Source: a virus
DNA length: 64,000 nucleotides
Reading direction: 5' to 3' (one strand)
Virus record (IMG/VR): IMGVR_UViG_3300046791_000587
Span: 7,108-71,107 of that record
In this document: positions 36,681 to 46,428 of the stretch, piece after piece
How positions within the stretch are numbered: the stretch's first letter is position 1
Layout: each line of letters begins with the position of its first letter
Program-made: the position numbers and the translations under genes
Notes under the pieces: generated by a model
Told to the model about the DNA's origin: nothing
Databases searched by the model: none
What the model saw: the letters and a program-made list of their open reading frames with translations, nothing else

Positions 36681-37901
36681 TCATCGCGGCCGCGGCTCCT
36701 TGCTGAAGAAGTCGATGCCCAGACCGTCGCTCGCGGACCGGCTTGCATCCTCGGGCACCTTCTGGGCGGCGCGCTGCCGCGCCAGGATGGGGAGGATGAC
36801 CAGGTTCATGGTGCGGGCGAACTCTTCGGCGGACATGTGGGAGCTGCCGATGCCATCAAACACCTTGGTCATCTCGATGAGGCGGTCGCGAAGGTCCGGG
36901 CCCGGCGGATCCGGATCCCTGGAAAGACTCTCGTCGATGGCGCGCCCGATCGCCCCGCCATCGCTGGGTCGGAACTCGAACGGGTAGGGCGGCACTGGCG
37001 GACCGGCGTCCACCTTCACCGCGCCGGCCGCCCTCTCGTTGGTCTTGAGCCAGTCGGCCATCTCCTTGGTGGACAGGAGGCGCCCGAGATGCGCCCGCAA
37101 CTCATTGGCGATCATGCCGTTGATGGCGCGCTCCTCGACGGACCCCGGGAAGGACGCCAATACCCGGACCCGCTGCTTCAGTTCATGCTTCCAGCCCTCC
37201 CACCGCTGGGCCCGCTCCAGGAGCTCGGTACCGTCCTTGTCCCACTTGTCGATCTGCATGACAGCGGCAAGTCGGGCCACGATGGTGCGCGCCTGGGTAG
37301 CGCCATCCCGAAGATCGGCCGCCTGGGCGTGGTCATGGGCGATCGCCTGGCCCAGGGACTTGCCGGCGGAGAGGAACTTGTTGCCGGACTCGGCCTCGAC
37401 GTCGGCCCCCATGCTCTTGATGCGAACGATCTCCTCATGGATCGTGGCGAGAGCCTCATCGTGCCTCGACTCGGCGACGTTGAGGCCGAGCTCGCTCGCG
37501 ATTGCCAGGATCGTCGGCGCCAGATCGGCCAGGAGGGGCGCGAAGTCACGGTCCCCGTCCGTGTCTCGGCGAACCAGCGCGCCGCCGGGCTCTCTGGGCT
37601 GGGTGAGCCCCTGCTTCTCCAGACGGTCGATCTGCTCGTCGACCTCGTCGTCGTGGGTGTCCCAGGATCCCGGTGCGGTCGATCTGGTGCGGCGCCGGGC
37701 GGTCGGCGCCGCCAGCGGCAGATCGGTTCCGCCCTGCCGTGCCCGGAGGGCGTCCAGGAACCTCTTCCCTGCGATCGCGACGTCGGTTGCGTCGGCCACC
37801 TCGAGCTCGACGCCCAGGGTGTCCCCGATGTGGCGGAGCAGCTGCTTGTTGGCCTGGAGCTCACCCTCGAGCGCCTTGATTCGGTCGGTCTTCTGTCCCA
37901 T
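36681..37901 (-). CDS. coiled-coil hypothetical protein
   Basis: SD AAGGAG; 406-aa GC3-biased ORF. Confidence 0.65.
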   Translation of the reverse strand: MGQKTDRIKALEGELQANKQLLRHIGDTLGVELEVADATDVAIAGKRFLDALRARQGGTDLPLAAPTARRRTRSTAPGSWDTHDDEVDEQIDRLEKQGLTQPREPGGALVRRDTDGDRDFAPLLADLAPTILAIASELGLNVAESRHDEALATIHEEIVRIKSMGADVEAESGNKFLSAGKSLGQAIAHDHAQAADLRDGATQARTIVARLAAVMQIDKWDKDGTELLERAQRWEGWKHELKQRVRVLASFPGSVEERAINGMIANELRAHLGRLLSTKEMADWLKTNERAAGAVKVDAGPPVPPYPFEFRPSDGGAIGRAIDESLSRDPDPPGPDLRDRLIEMTKVFDGIGSSHMSAEEFARTMNLVILPILARQRAAQKVPEDASRSASDGLGIDFFSKEPRPR

Positions 37902-38206
37902 CTTGATCTCCTTTCGGTCACGGAGTGTACGTCATCGGAAGCACAGGCTCATCGCACGCGCCCACAGATCTCACACTCGTCATGGTCATCGACCCCGACG
38001 AACGCGCACGTGTGATGCGCCTTGGCTCGGCACGCGTCGCAATCGCAGTCGTCTTCGTCAACGTGACCCGATGCGAATAACGCGGCGCGTGCGGCCGCTG
38101 CTGCAACCGCCTCTTTCTTGCTCGGCTGGTCGGGACTGCGCCTGAACAGGTGGTCGTTGCTGGTCCCATATCGGCGGTTCATTGGACGTCTCGCATGCGC
38201 AGGCCA

Positions 38207-38473
38207 TCACCATGACGCGAACGTTCGCCGCTCCCCGAAGCGCGGCAAGGGCTCGTCCGAGATCCACTCGACGAATTCTCTGGCGCAGCGGTAGTCCCGC
38301 TCGAGGCGATGCTGAATGGCGATGATGAGAGCATCGGGAATGTCGTCGGCTGGCTGGCGTAGCGTCAGATCCTCCCAGAGGGCAGCGGCCCCGACCTGCC
38401 AGCGGACAGCGTCACGGATGAGCCCTTCCCGGAGACCGTGCACGGTCTCGACCTGGAAGCGGACCTTCATCAT
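38207..38473 (-). CDS. hypothetical protein
   Basis: GGAGG upstream; ATGA overlap. Confidence 0.45.
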   Translation of the reverse strand: MMKVRFQVETVHGLREGLIRDAVRWQVGAAALWEDLTLRQPADDIPDALIIAIQHRLERDYRCAREFVEWISDEPLPRFGERRTFASW

Positions 38474-38670
38474 TCCTCCGGCACCAGGCGATTGCGACAC
38501 GGCCCGGTGGCGTGCGTCGGCTTGTCGACGGTGAATCTCTGCTTGTGGTGGCACCACGGGCACTCGTGCTCGTAGACGCCGTTCTCGTACGTCATCAAGG
38601 CGGGCGGGTTGTGCTCGGGATGACGGCAGGGCGAGGCGAGTGGCAGATCAGCGATCTTGCGTATCGGCAT
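38470..38670 (-). CDS. small Zn-ribbon protein
   Basis: CxHxxH...CPWC; AAGGAG upstream. Confidence 0.5.
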   Translation of the reverse strand: MPIRKIADLPLASPCRHPEHNPPALMTYENGVYEHECPWCHHKQRFTVDKPTHATGPCRNRLVPEE

Positions 38671-39181
38671 GGGACTCCTTTTTCTGCGTAGCCTCCTCGA
38701 CGTCACGAATGGCGGCCTGGATAGTGGCAACCCACCGCTTCGCCACCGCCACGCTCATGGCGAAGCCGTCGATCTCCGGGATGTAGCCCTCCATCAGCGG
38801 GCTCTTGTCCGGCGCACCGATCACGATGCGGACGCTGGCGGGGAAGTCGGGGCTGGGGTCGGTGTTGGCGGTCACGGCCAGTACCCCCTCGCTCTCGCCT
38901 TCGTTGCAGATGATGCCGCCCAGATGATAGGTGCGGTGGTAATACGTCCCCACGATCGGGGGATCGATCACTGGGCGGGGATCCGTTCGGATCTTCATCT
39001 CGCCGCGGAGCACGCCAAGTCGGGCGACTAGTTCAAGGGGCCGCCCGAGCGTTCCCAACTCGTGATCGAGAGCGTTGATCCAATACGCCAGGTCATCGAG
39101 CGTGAGCGCAGCGGGGTCATCAACCAGCCCTGCGCGCTGCTCCTCGGGTGTAAGCGGGTTCGTGATGCTATGCGGTCTCAT
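38648..39181 (-). CDS. hypothetical protein
   Basis: GGAG upstream; coupled. Confidence 0.55.
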   Translation of the reverse strand: MRPHSITNPLTPEEQRAGLVDDPAALTLDDLAYWINALDHELGTLGRPLELVARLGVLRGEMKIRTDPRPVIDPPIVGTYYHRTYHLGGIICNEGESEGVLAVTANTDPSPDFPASVRIVIGAPDKSPLMEGYIPEIDGFAMSVAVAKRWVATIQAAIRDVEEATQKKESHADTQDR

Positions 39182-39535
39182 TCTCGTTCTCCGTCAGGGT
39201 TCCGCACGTAGATACACGTGCCATCCGGCACGTAGTAGTGGATGGTGGTCGGCCAGGGGCCCGAGGGCGCCGGCGGGATGGCCCGGCGCTGGTTCAGGCG
39301 GCGCAACTCGAGGCCGCACCAGAGGAGCACGGCCAGGATGGCGCTGAGCAGGAAGCGGCTCATTCGGCACGCTCCATCCGCCGGATCATCACGCGACCGG
39401 CGACGTAGCCTGAACCCAGGGTCATCAGGGCTACCAGTGGACCTGGTACCGACAGCAGGAGGGCGCCGACGCCGACCGCCGTCGACACCAGGATCGACGG
39501 GACATGCACCATCAACCTGCTCCGCCAGGGTCTCC

Positions 39536-40027
39536 TCATGGCTTGTCCTCGTCGAGCCCGAGCTCGCCGCGCAGCATTTCCGGCGCGAATTTCCATGACC
39601 AAGAATTGCCGCCTATGTAGCAGCGGCATCCTGAAACGTCGCTGGGCATCTCGACCTCGGCCTCCTTCGGCCCCTGGCGGACCGTGTATCCGAACAGCAG
39701 CACGGGACCGTAGAAGAAGTCGGCGCGGCTGTTTCGCACACAGGACGCGCCTGTCAGCTTGGCGGCGCTCAGCATCCTGTCCATATTCCGGCGCGCGGCG
39801 ATCTCTTGTTCGGGCACCAGCGCAACGTGCTCGGCGACCCGTACGAGTATCTCCACACGGTCCATCAAGCGCGCGTCTCGCTCGAGGATCGCCATGATGA
39901 CGGCCCGCCGCTGGACGGCTACCGGGTCGAGTTGTGGGAGGGCATCGCGCAACACCCCCATCAGGTGCTCCGCGCGCTTGTCGACATCCTCGGCGTACCT
40001 GTGAAGTTCTCGTTCCTGCGGGGTCAT
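39536..40027 (-). CDS. hypothetical protein
   Basis: ATGA overlap with DUF1643 gene. Confidence 0.5.
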   Translation of the reverse strand: MTPQERELHRYAEDVDKRAEHLMGVLRDALPQLDPVAVQRRAVIMAILERDARLMDRVEILVRVAEHVALVPEQEIAARRNMDRMLSAAKLTGASCVRNSRADFFYGPVLLFGYTVRQGPKEAEVEMPSDVSGCRCYIGGNSWSWKFAPEMLRGELGLDEDKP

Positions 40028-40629
40028 GTCGTGCTCCAAGGGATGGGCTGGTGGTCGCCAGGGATGCGGTGCTTGCCGCGCGCGAGTGGATGCTTCGGGT
40101 ACCCGTCCTGCGTCGTGCCGAGGTGGTGCAGCATGATGCCGGCGTCGCGCAGCATGTTCAGCACGCTCAGGTCTCGGTAGTCGAGCGCGCCGTGGTTGCC
40201 CCAGGCCGCGATCACGAACTCCGCCCCGGTACAGGCTGCGAGGATCGCGGCGTTGTTCTCGTCGTCGTCGCCGCGGAACCCGGCGGCGCACTTCTTGAGG
40301 TCGGCGGGGTACGGCGAGCGCAGCGCGAACAGGTTCACGACCTCGAGCACGTCGGCGCCGAGCGCTCGTGCGCGCTTGATGCACTCGCCTACGGTTGGAT
40401 CGTGCCTGAATGCGTCCGCGGTCGAGGGGTTGAGCATCACGAAGACGCAGCGGTCCGCCTCGGACTCGATGGGATCCGTCGCTCGAATGGGCGCGACCTC
40501 CGTCAGGTTCATGAAGCGCAATGCGGCGCCGGGGCGATCGGTCAGCCTGCGCGCAAGGCGGTACCGCATCGTCATGTCGTCCGAGAACCGAGCCCACCCG
40601 GTGCGGTCGTCGTTGTACTGGTCGATCAT
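40024..40629 (-). CDS. DUF1643 family protein
   Basis: FVMLNPSTAD, VVNLFALRSPYP, IAAWG, GYPKHPL. Confidence 0.85.
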   Translation of the reverse strand: MIDQYNDDRTGWARFSDDMTMRYRLARRLTDRPGAALRFMNLTEVAPIRATDPIESEADRCVFVMLNPSTADAFRHDPTVGECIKRARALGADVLEVVNLFALRSPYPADLKKCAAGFRGDDDENNAAILAACTGAEFVIAAWGNHGALDYRDLSVLNMLRDAGIMLHHLGTTQDGYPKHPLARGKHRIPGDHQPIPWSTT

Positions 40630-41186
40630 CGGCCGGCCGCCAGCGAGATCTGCGCACTCACCTCGCGCTCCACCTCCGACCACACGCCGCGCTCGCGCTC
40701 ACCCCTGGACGTCAGGTTCCAGAAGCCCTGCCAGCCGCGGCATGGCACCGGCGTGGCAAGCGCCTGGACGTTGCGCAACACGTAGCCGATCGGACCGAAC
40801 AGCCACCGTCGTTGGTCACCGAGGTCGACCACGATGTCCTCGTAGCTGGCGAGGTCGAGCACTCGGTCGTCGGCGGTGAGAACCACGGCGCGATCGATCG
40901 TCGCGACCGCAATCACGGCGCTGGTGATGCGCGACAGCCGATACCAGTCTGGCGCTTTGACTGAGGCCAGTGACGTGCACGTCATGATGGATGGCAGTAG
41001 CTGTAGCTCCGGCGCGATCTTCTCGATGCGGTCGTATACCGACTCGTCGATCTGGCGGCTCGCGTGCAGCGCGAACGGCTTGCCGAAGTCCTCGCGCTTG
41101 ATGATCGAGCGGTCGCGGTTCTCAACCAGCTTGATGCCCGAGGCAACTAGGCCGCACCATGGCTGCGTTAGCGTCAGGGCCCTCAC
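40626..41186 (-). CDS. ASCH domain protein
   Basis: ALTLTQPW...GIKLVENR...ALHAS...PVPCRGWQGFW. Confidence 0.85.
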   Translation of the reverse strand: MRALTLTQPWCGLVASGIKLVENRDRSIIKREDFGKPFALHASRQIDESVYDRIEKIAPELQLLPSIMTCTSLASVKAPDWYRLSRITSAVIAVATIDRAVVLTADDRVLDLASYEDIVVDLGDQRRWLFGPIGYVLRNVQALATPVPCRGWQGFWNLTSRGERERGVWSEVEREVSAQISLAAGR

Positions 41187-41458
41187 TTGTCCTTCCTGCC
41201 CATGTTGGCGCGCCGTGATCGGATCAGTTCGCGCTCCTCGTCCGTGAGAGAGGCGACGAGTTCCTCGTCGGACCTCCGCTTGTCAGCGAATTTCTTCAGG
41301 GCGTCTCGGACCTTGCGGAGCAACCTCGAGGGCTCGTCCGGCATGAGACTCGTGGCGCGATCGGGGAAGAACTTCTCGCGGATCATTTCGTCGAGAATGA
41401 CAGCCTCGCGCTCCTCGAGTTCCACTGGAAAGGTAACGCCGTTCGTGACGTGGCCCAT
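41183..41458 (-). CDS. hypothetical protein
   Basis: GAGGAGG upstream. Confidence 0.5.
   Translation of the reverse strand: MGHVTNGVTFPVELEEREAVILDEMIREKFFPDRATSLMPDEPSRLLRKVRDALKKFADKRRSDEELVASLTDEERELIRSRRANMGRKDK
41419..41432. promoter_or_regulatory. GTTCCACTGGAAAG (parS-like candidate)
   Basis: Matches recurrent palindrome. Confidence 0.55.
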
Positions 41459-41460
41459 GC

Positions 41461-42231
41461 CTACCTCCTCTCCGCTGACTGCTCGGGCGTGCAGCCGTGG
41501 CTGGCGAACCACCAGGTCCGCGCCACGGCGTCCGGGTTTTCACCGGGACTGACGATCACCTTGATGTCGCGGAAGTCGAAGGCGACGGGGCGGCCGGCGC
41601 GGTCGGCGATCTCGCGCGCCTCACGCGTGGTCTCGAAGATGTCCGCGGATCCGACCACGATCGCCATGATGGCGGTCACTGGCGCGCCGGCCACGGCGGT
41701 GTCAAGGGGCGCCAAGCGGTACGGGTCAGGCACCGCCCCCGTGTGACACGCCGAACACGACCGCGTCCGATTCGGTCGACTCTCGAACAGCGCGCGATCG
41801 CCGACGAACACCATTCTGCGCAGGGCCTCGCAGTCCGACCGCGCCACATCTCGCTCCCGGACGAGGTCGCGTCGGATCTCCTTGTGCTGGCTGAGCGCTG
41901 CCTTGATCGCCGGTACGAGCCCGAACCGCTCCACCGAGGTTCCGGGAAGCTGCACGCCGTTCATCTCGCTCGTGAGCGTCTTGACGAGCTCGTCGTGGGC
42001 CAGCCAGCCGCCACGCTGGAAGGCTTCGAGTCGACCGACCGCATCCGTCAAAGCCTTGAGGTGGTCGGTCTCCTTCGTGGGCACGATGTGCCCGGCCGTG
42101 TCGGCAAGAGCGGCGCGCCAGGACTTGATCTTCGAGTTAGCGGTAACGTGATGGTACTCCTCGTTGTGCAGCACGCACTCCGCCACCGCCTCGGCGAGCG
42201 CGTTGCGTAGCCGATTCGATTCGGGATCCAT
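41461..42231 (-). CDS. hypothetical protein
   Basis: GGAGG upstream. Confidence 0.55.
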   Translation of the reverse strand: MDPESNRLRNALAEAVAECVLHNEEYHHVTANSKIKSWRAALADTAGHIVPTKETDHLKALTDAVGRLEAFQRGGWLAHDELVKTLTSEMNGVQLPGTSVERFGLVPAIKAALSQHKEIRRDLVRERDVARSDCEALRRMVFVGDRALFESRPNRTRSCSACHTGAVPDPYRLAPLDTAVAGAPVTAIMAIVVGSADIFETTREAREIADRAGRPVAFDFRDIKVIVSPGENPDAVARTWWFASHGCTPEQSAERR

Positions 42232-42234
42232 GGC

Positions 42235-42534
42235 CTACGCCTCCCTCTTGATGGTGCCGAGGTCGATGAGCGTGAGCCCGTTGGGAAGAGAGATCCAGTC
42301 CCGTTCGGGTGCCTTGATGAAGGCCTCGAAGGCTAGAGCAGTCATCAACTGCCGTTCGGCCTGCCTCTCTGGCGCCCATGCTGCTTCCCCGAGCCGCCCC
42401 TCCACAGCCCTGAACACCTGCACCTCCTCCCCGGAAATAATGACGCGGATGTGCTCGACGCGAGGATGCGCATCACTCGTGCCGCGATGTGGATCTACAT
42501 CGACGGAGAACTCGATCGCGTACCCCTTGGACAT
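42235..42534 (-). CDS. hypothetical protein
   Basis: AAGGAG upstream. Confidence 0.55.
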   Translation of the reverse strand: MSKGYAIEFSVDVDPHRGTSDAHPRVEHIRVIISGEEVQVFRAVEGRLGEAAWAPERQAERQLMTALAFEAFIKAPERDWISLPNGLTLIDLGTIKREA

Positions 42535-42572
42535 GCTCTAACTCCTTGAAATCACGTGGTTATGCTGGAACC

Positions 42573-42600
42573 GTGATACTAAATCAGTATTTAGTATCAC
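42573..42600. other. 28-bp 11-6-11 inverted repeat (candidate tyrosine-recombinase site or operator)
   Basis: GTGATACTAAA-TCAGTA-TTTAGTATCAC, AT-rich, intergenic. Confidence 0.6.
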
Positions 42601-42622
42601 CCGGAAGTCCCTGGGAACACGG

Positions 42623-42943
42623 CTAGAACTTGATCCTCTCGGCGACATGCCACGCCGATCCATCGAAGAGCATTCGCTCACCATGCAGAAGCTCCGCGTA
42701 CAAGAGCCGATCCGCGAAGACGTAGCACCTCGCCTGCTGCCTCACGTTGATCGGATAGGATCGCTCGTCGCACCACTTCTGCAATGCGGCCATCGCAACG
42801 GCGAAGTCTGGGGCTTGGCGTCGCGCTCGGATTTCAGCAACGGCGCGCACGATGGCATCGCGCACCATCGGCGCTGTCGATGTACCACTCGAACACCCGT
42901 GGTACTCGAATGCGTCCAATTCAGTGTCAGTCAGGTCTTTCAT
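42623..42943 (-). CDS. hypothetical protein
   Basis: ATGA overlap. Confidence 0.55.
   Translation of the reverse strand: MKDLTDTELDAFEYHGCSSGTSTAPMVRDAIVRAVAEIRARRQAPDFAVAMAALQKWCDERSYPINVRQQARCYVFADRLLYAELLHGERMLFDGSAWHVAERIKF
42625..42680 (-). repeat. ~56-bp dispersed repeat copy 1 (encodes LFDGSAWHxxERIKF*)
   Basis: Near-identical to 52216-52272. Confidence 0.9.
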
Positions 42944-43182
42944 CGCTGCCTTGGTGGGTTGTGGCGGTCGCCGCCCGCTACCCAGCGCTTCAGGGACTCG
43001 GGGCAATGCAGACCGATCGCGTACATCCGCTCGACGTCGCCGACCGCGAACAATTCGGCCGCGAGCCGGCCGAACCCTGCGAGGTGCTCGCGGATCGCCG
43101 CGCGCTCGTGCCACGCCTGGATCAGGTCCTCGGCCTTGATCCCGTGACGCGCCGCCAGTTCGTGCAGGAACCTCTGCATCAT
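42940..43182 (-). CDS. hypothetical protein
   Basis: AGGAG upstream; ATGA overlaps. Confidence 0.55.
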   Translation of the reverse strand: MMQRFLHELAARHGIKAEDLIQAWHERAAIREHLAGFGRLAAELFAVGDVERMYAIGLHCPESLKRWVAGGDRHNPPRQR

Positions 43183-44603
43183 GGCTCCTGGAACGACATC
43201 CCCTGGGCCTCCAGCGCCGCCCGTACGCGCGCGTTGTTGAACAGGGTGCCTTGCTTCAGGTCATCGCCCCAATCGAGCACTGCGGTCACGACGAGGCCTT
43301 TCTCGCGCCGGTCGTCGGCGTAGGCGGTGGCGTGCCCCAGGCTCTCCCATCGGGATGCGCTGATGCTAGCGTGGAGAGTCCACCCGCTCCCCGAGGAGCC
43401 GGCGACGACCATGACCACCGCCCACCGCCCGGTGTTGTTCCAGTCGAGGCCATCGGGCCAGAGCAGGGGGCGGTTCACGATGTGCAGCGCCACGACCTCG
43501 CGCGGGTCCGCCACAGCTTCATGGAGCACGGCGTTGCAGTCGACGCACTCGAGCCTGAGCAGTAGCCGAGCGGGGTCGGCGAACGAGATTTCGATCATGT
43601 GACCGTTCTCGCGGATCACGCGCGATGATCCCGGGATCGTCGAGTCTGGCAACGGGATGTCGATCGCCTCGGCATCACGGTGCTGCTGGCTGAACCCTCG
43701 CTCGTCTGGCATGTCGCAGATGCCCCAGCGCATGCAGCCACCCTGCGGCGCCGGCGCGAACAGCGGGAACTGCTTGCCGCCATGGTCGGTCCTGGCCCAC
43801 TTCACCACCGCTTCGATGCCTGAGACGCCTCGAGCCCTGGTCTGGAAGAACGAGGCGTCATCTACGTGCTTGTACCGGCCGGGCTGCTCCTCATTGCGCG
43901 CGATCCGTAGCGCCAGCATGTCAGTCTCGAGCTGGCGGATCTCGTCGATGCGCTCCGGTGAGTGCTGGGCGATCAGCGCGATCTCTTCCTTGCCGGCGTA
44001 GATGCAGGGGTAGCACCCCACACGGCTGTGGCCGCGCTGGTACAGGGGGTTGACCTTCACGCCGTGCCGGTTGTGGATGGTGAGCACATCCTCGATGGTC
44101 CACTGCAGGAGCGGGCGCCAGACGTAGCCGCCCCACGAGCGCTGACCCTCGGGTTCGTCCTCCCACTCCGCCATCTTCGCGCGGGCCGCGCTCTCGGCGG
44201 CTCGCACCCCCATCGCGCTCACGGTCTCAGCGCCGGTCTCCTCGGTCAGCCGATCGTGGTACGCCCGCAGAGGATCGATCTTGAGCTCCATTGTGCACCA
44301 CCGCTGCATCCGACCGGGGAAGCCAGCGCGATGGGCGATGCGGGCGCGCATGCCACCCTCGACACCCACCACCACGATCTCGATGTCGAGCTTCTCGCGT
44401 AGGTAGTCCAGGTAGACGTAGGTCTCAGGCGCCTCCCACCCGGTGTCAGCGAACGCAAAGCGGAGCAGGTGGCGCGGGATCTCTCCGCGTTCCACGGCCT
44501 CGAGCAGGGCCAGGATCAGGGCTGTCGAGTCCTTCCCGCCCGACACCGAGGCCACGACCAGTAACCCAGCGGCGTCCTGGGGGATCCTGATGCGCATGAT
44601 CAT
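43179..44603 (-). CDS. PAPS-reductase-family (PP-loop, Fe-S) protein with C-terminal extension
   Basis: SVSGGKDS, FADTGWE, RWCTMELK, GVRAAES, RPLLQW, NPLY..G.SRVGCYPC, CxxWGIC. Confidence 0.9.
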   Translation of the reverse strand: MIMRIRIPQDAAGLLVVASVSGGKDSTALILALLEAVERGEIPRHLLRFAFADTGWEAPETYVYLDYLREKLDIEIVVVGVEGGMRARIAHRAGFPGRMQRWCTMELKIDPLRAYHDRLTEETGAETVSAMGVRAAESAARAKMAEWEDEPEGQRSWGGYVWRPLLQWTIEDVLTIHNRHGVKVNPLYQRGHSRVGCYPCIYAGKEEIALIAQHSPERIDEIRQLETDMLALRIARNEEQPGRYKHVDDASFFQTRARGVSGIEAVVKWARTDHGGKQFPLFAPAPQGGCMRWGICDMPDERGFSQQHRDAEAIDIPLPDSTIPGSSRVIRENGHMIEISFADPARLLLRLECVDCNAVLHEAVADPREVVALHIVNRPLLWPDGLDWNNTGRWAVVMVVAGSSGSGWTLHASISASRWESLGHATAYADDRREKGLVVTAVLDWGDDLKQGTLFNNARVRAALEAQGMSFQEP

Positions 44604-45454
44604 GTCCTGCTCCGCTTCCCTGTCCGCCGTCCCCGCTGCTGCCCCATCGCCATCACCAGCGCCTGCTCGATGCCTAGCGTTTCATCCATCACAGTCGACT
44701 TTACAGCGTCAAGCGCCAGCCGCTCGACGTCCGCGAACGACATCCCCGCAAGCCGTGCGGGCCAGGCCTTCCACCCGGGCGGCGACAGCTTGGTGACCGT
44801 CCGGGTGTCGTAGCGCTCCACCAGGCGCTTCAGGAGCGCTGCTGCCTGGATGGTGGTGGGCTTGGGGAAGGTCACGATCTTGTCGAACCGGCGCTCCATG
44901 GCCACGTCCAGCATGTCCTGGTGGTTGGTCGCCGCGACTAGCACGGAGGCCTGGCCGGCGAACTCCTCAAGCATCACCAGGAGCGAGTTCGTGATGCGGT
45001 TCATCTCCGCAACGTCGCTGAGCTGGCTGTTTCTCGCGCGCCCGATCGCGTCCACCTCATCCAGGAACAGCACCACACGCTGAGACCGCGCGAAGTCGAT
45101 CACCTTGCGGAGGTTCTTGGAGGTGTCCCCCATGTACCGGTCGATGAGGCCATCGAGGCGGACGACGACCAGCGGGATGCCCATCGCCAGCGCCAAGCCA
45201 CCGGCCGCTACGGTCTTCCCGCATCCGGGCGGCCCCTGGAACAGGAGTCGGTTGGCTGCGCGCAGACCACGCGTCCGCAGGTCCGCGGTGCGGAGGTTCT
45301 CGGCCAGGACACGGCCCAGCGCCTCGCGGGGCTCGTCTGGCAGCACCAGATCTGTGAGCGGCCGCAACTCCTTGACGTGGTCGAGGAGGGCCGCATCCTC
45401 GCCCAGCGGCAACTGCATGAGCGTAGGTGTCGCCATGTTCCGGGCGGTAGTCAT
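44600..45454 (-). CDS. AAA+ ATPase
   Basis: GPPGCGKT, LFLDEVD, AATN, RRFD; ATGA overlap. Confidence 0.9.
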   Translation of the reverse strand: MTTARNMATPTLMQLPLGEDAALLDHVKELRPLTDLVLPDEPREALGRVLAENLRTADLRTRGLRAANRLLFQGPPGCGKTVAAGGLALAMGIPLVVVRLDGLIDRYMGDTSKNLRKVIDFARSQRVVLFLDEVDAIGRARNSQLSDVAEMNRITNSLLVMLEEFAGQASVLVAATNHQDMLDVAMERRFDKIVTFPKPTTIQAAALLKRLVERYDTRTVTKLSPPGWKAWPARLAGMSFADVERLALDAVKSTVMDETLGIEQALVMAMGQQRGRRTGKRSRT

Positions 45455-46407
45455 GCGTGAGTCGACCACGTGGGCGCCGGAAGGTACGCCTTCTTGCCGG
45501 TCTCCTTTTCGATCCGACTCGAGAAGAGACCTTTCAGCTTCGCGTAGGCTGGCGCCAGATCGCGCGGAGAGAGTTGGCGCCCCATGAGCCACGCGACGTA
45601 GATCTCCGCCGCCGACACGCTCAGGAGGCACTTGGTGAACAGGTCGCGGTCGACTCGCTGGGTCTTCGCCGAGTAGGCGGTCAGGTGGATCCGCCGGTAG
45701 ATCCACGCACAGAGCGTCAGGTTGAGGCTCGACCACAGGCGGTAGTTCTGGGGATCCCTGCCCCAGGCGGTGTACGCGCAGTCCATGAACGACGCCAGTT
45801 GCTCGCAGTCGTCCGTGGTGAACTGCTCGGCCAGTTGCGCGGCCGACACGCCGCCAGTCCTGGGCGTGTCGTTGGCCGACCCATTCCAGCAGCGGAGCAG
45901 CTGCGACATGGCGATGACCGGCGAGCGCTCGTTCCGCCGGACGTTGTCATAGCCCACGTAGGTGCACTTCCTCCGCAGCTTGGCGATCGGCTCGCACGAG
46001 GCCTCCATGCCGCGCACGATGTCGTCGGGCTTGAGGTTCACGAGATGCTGGTTGACCTCGACGAACTCATCGGCCATGTCCGCCAGTGATTTGAAGTGGA
46101 TGATGCGGACATCGACGTAGCCGACTGGGCAACCGCTCAGGTAGAACGCCTCCCGCCTGTGCTGCCCGTCCACCAGCCATCGATCGCCCTCGAACACGCC
46201 GATCGTGAACGTCCCGGAGATCACCCCGCCGTTCTTCTTCATGGATTCGGCGGCGGCCGCCACCTTGTTGTTCACGCGCAGAGGGCGCTGGAACGGCGGC
46301 GAGCGCCAGGTCTTGGCGGTAGCGGCCGTGAACTCCCACGTGTCCGTGGTGGTCTGGGTTTTTTTTTCGGCGTCGGTAGACGGCTTGGCGATCTTGAGGT
46401 CGGCCAT
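45451..46407 (-). CDS. DGQHR-domain (DndB/ParB-like) protein
   Basis: FQRP...LVDGQHRREA; AAGGAG upstream. Confidence 0.8.
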   Translation of the reverse strand: MADLKIAKPSTDAEKKTQTTTDTWEFTAATAKTWRSPPFQRPLRVNNKVAAAAESMKKNGGVISGTFTIGVFEGDRWLVDGQHRREAFYLSGCPVGYVDVRIIHFKSLADMADEFVEVNQHLVNLKPDDIVRGMEASCEPIAKLRRKCTYVGYDNVRRNERSPVIAMSQLLRCWNGSANDTPRTGGVSAAQLAEQFTTDDCEQLASFMDCAYTAWGRDPQNYRLWSSLNLTLCAWIYRRIHLTAYSAKTQRVDRDLFTKCLLSVSAAEIYVAWLMGRQLSPRDLAPAYAKLKGLFSSRIEKETGKKAYLPAPTWSTHA

Positions 46408-46428
46408 GATGAGCTCCTTGTCGTTTGG

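Noticed and set aside
42573-42600. Palindrome as a protelomerase (telRL) site
   Set aside because: The centre is asymmetric (TCAGTA) and the recombinase looks Xer-sized, not protelomerase-like.
43179-43720. C-terminal extension of the PAPS-reductase-like protein as a novel catalytic domain
   Set aside because: No recognisable motif; it could simply be a fused neighbouring ORF.
44600-45454. AAA+ ATPase as ParA or as the packaging ATPase
   Set aside because: GPPGCGKT/DEVD/AATN/RRFD is classical AAA+, not deviant-Walker ParA or FtsK/A32.
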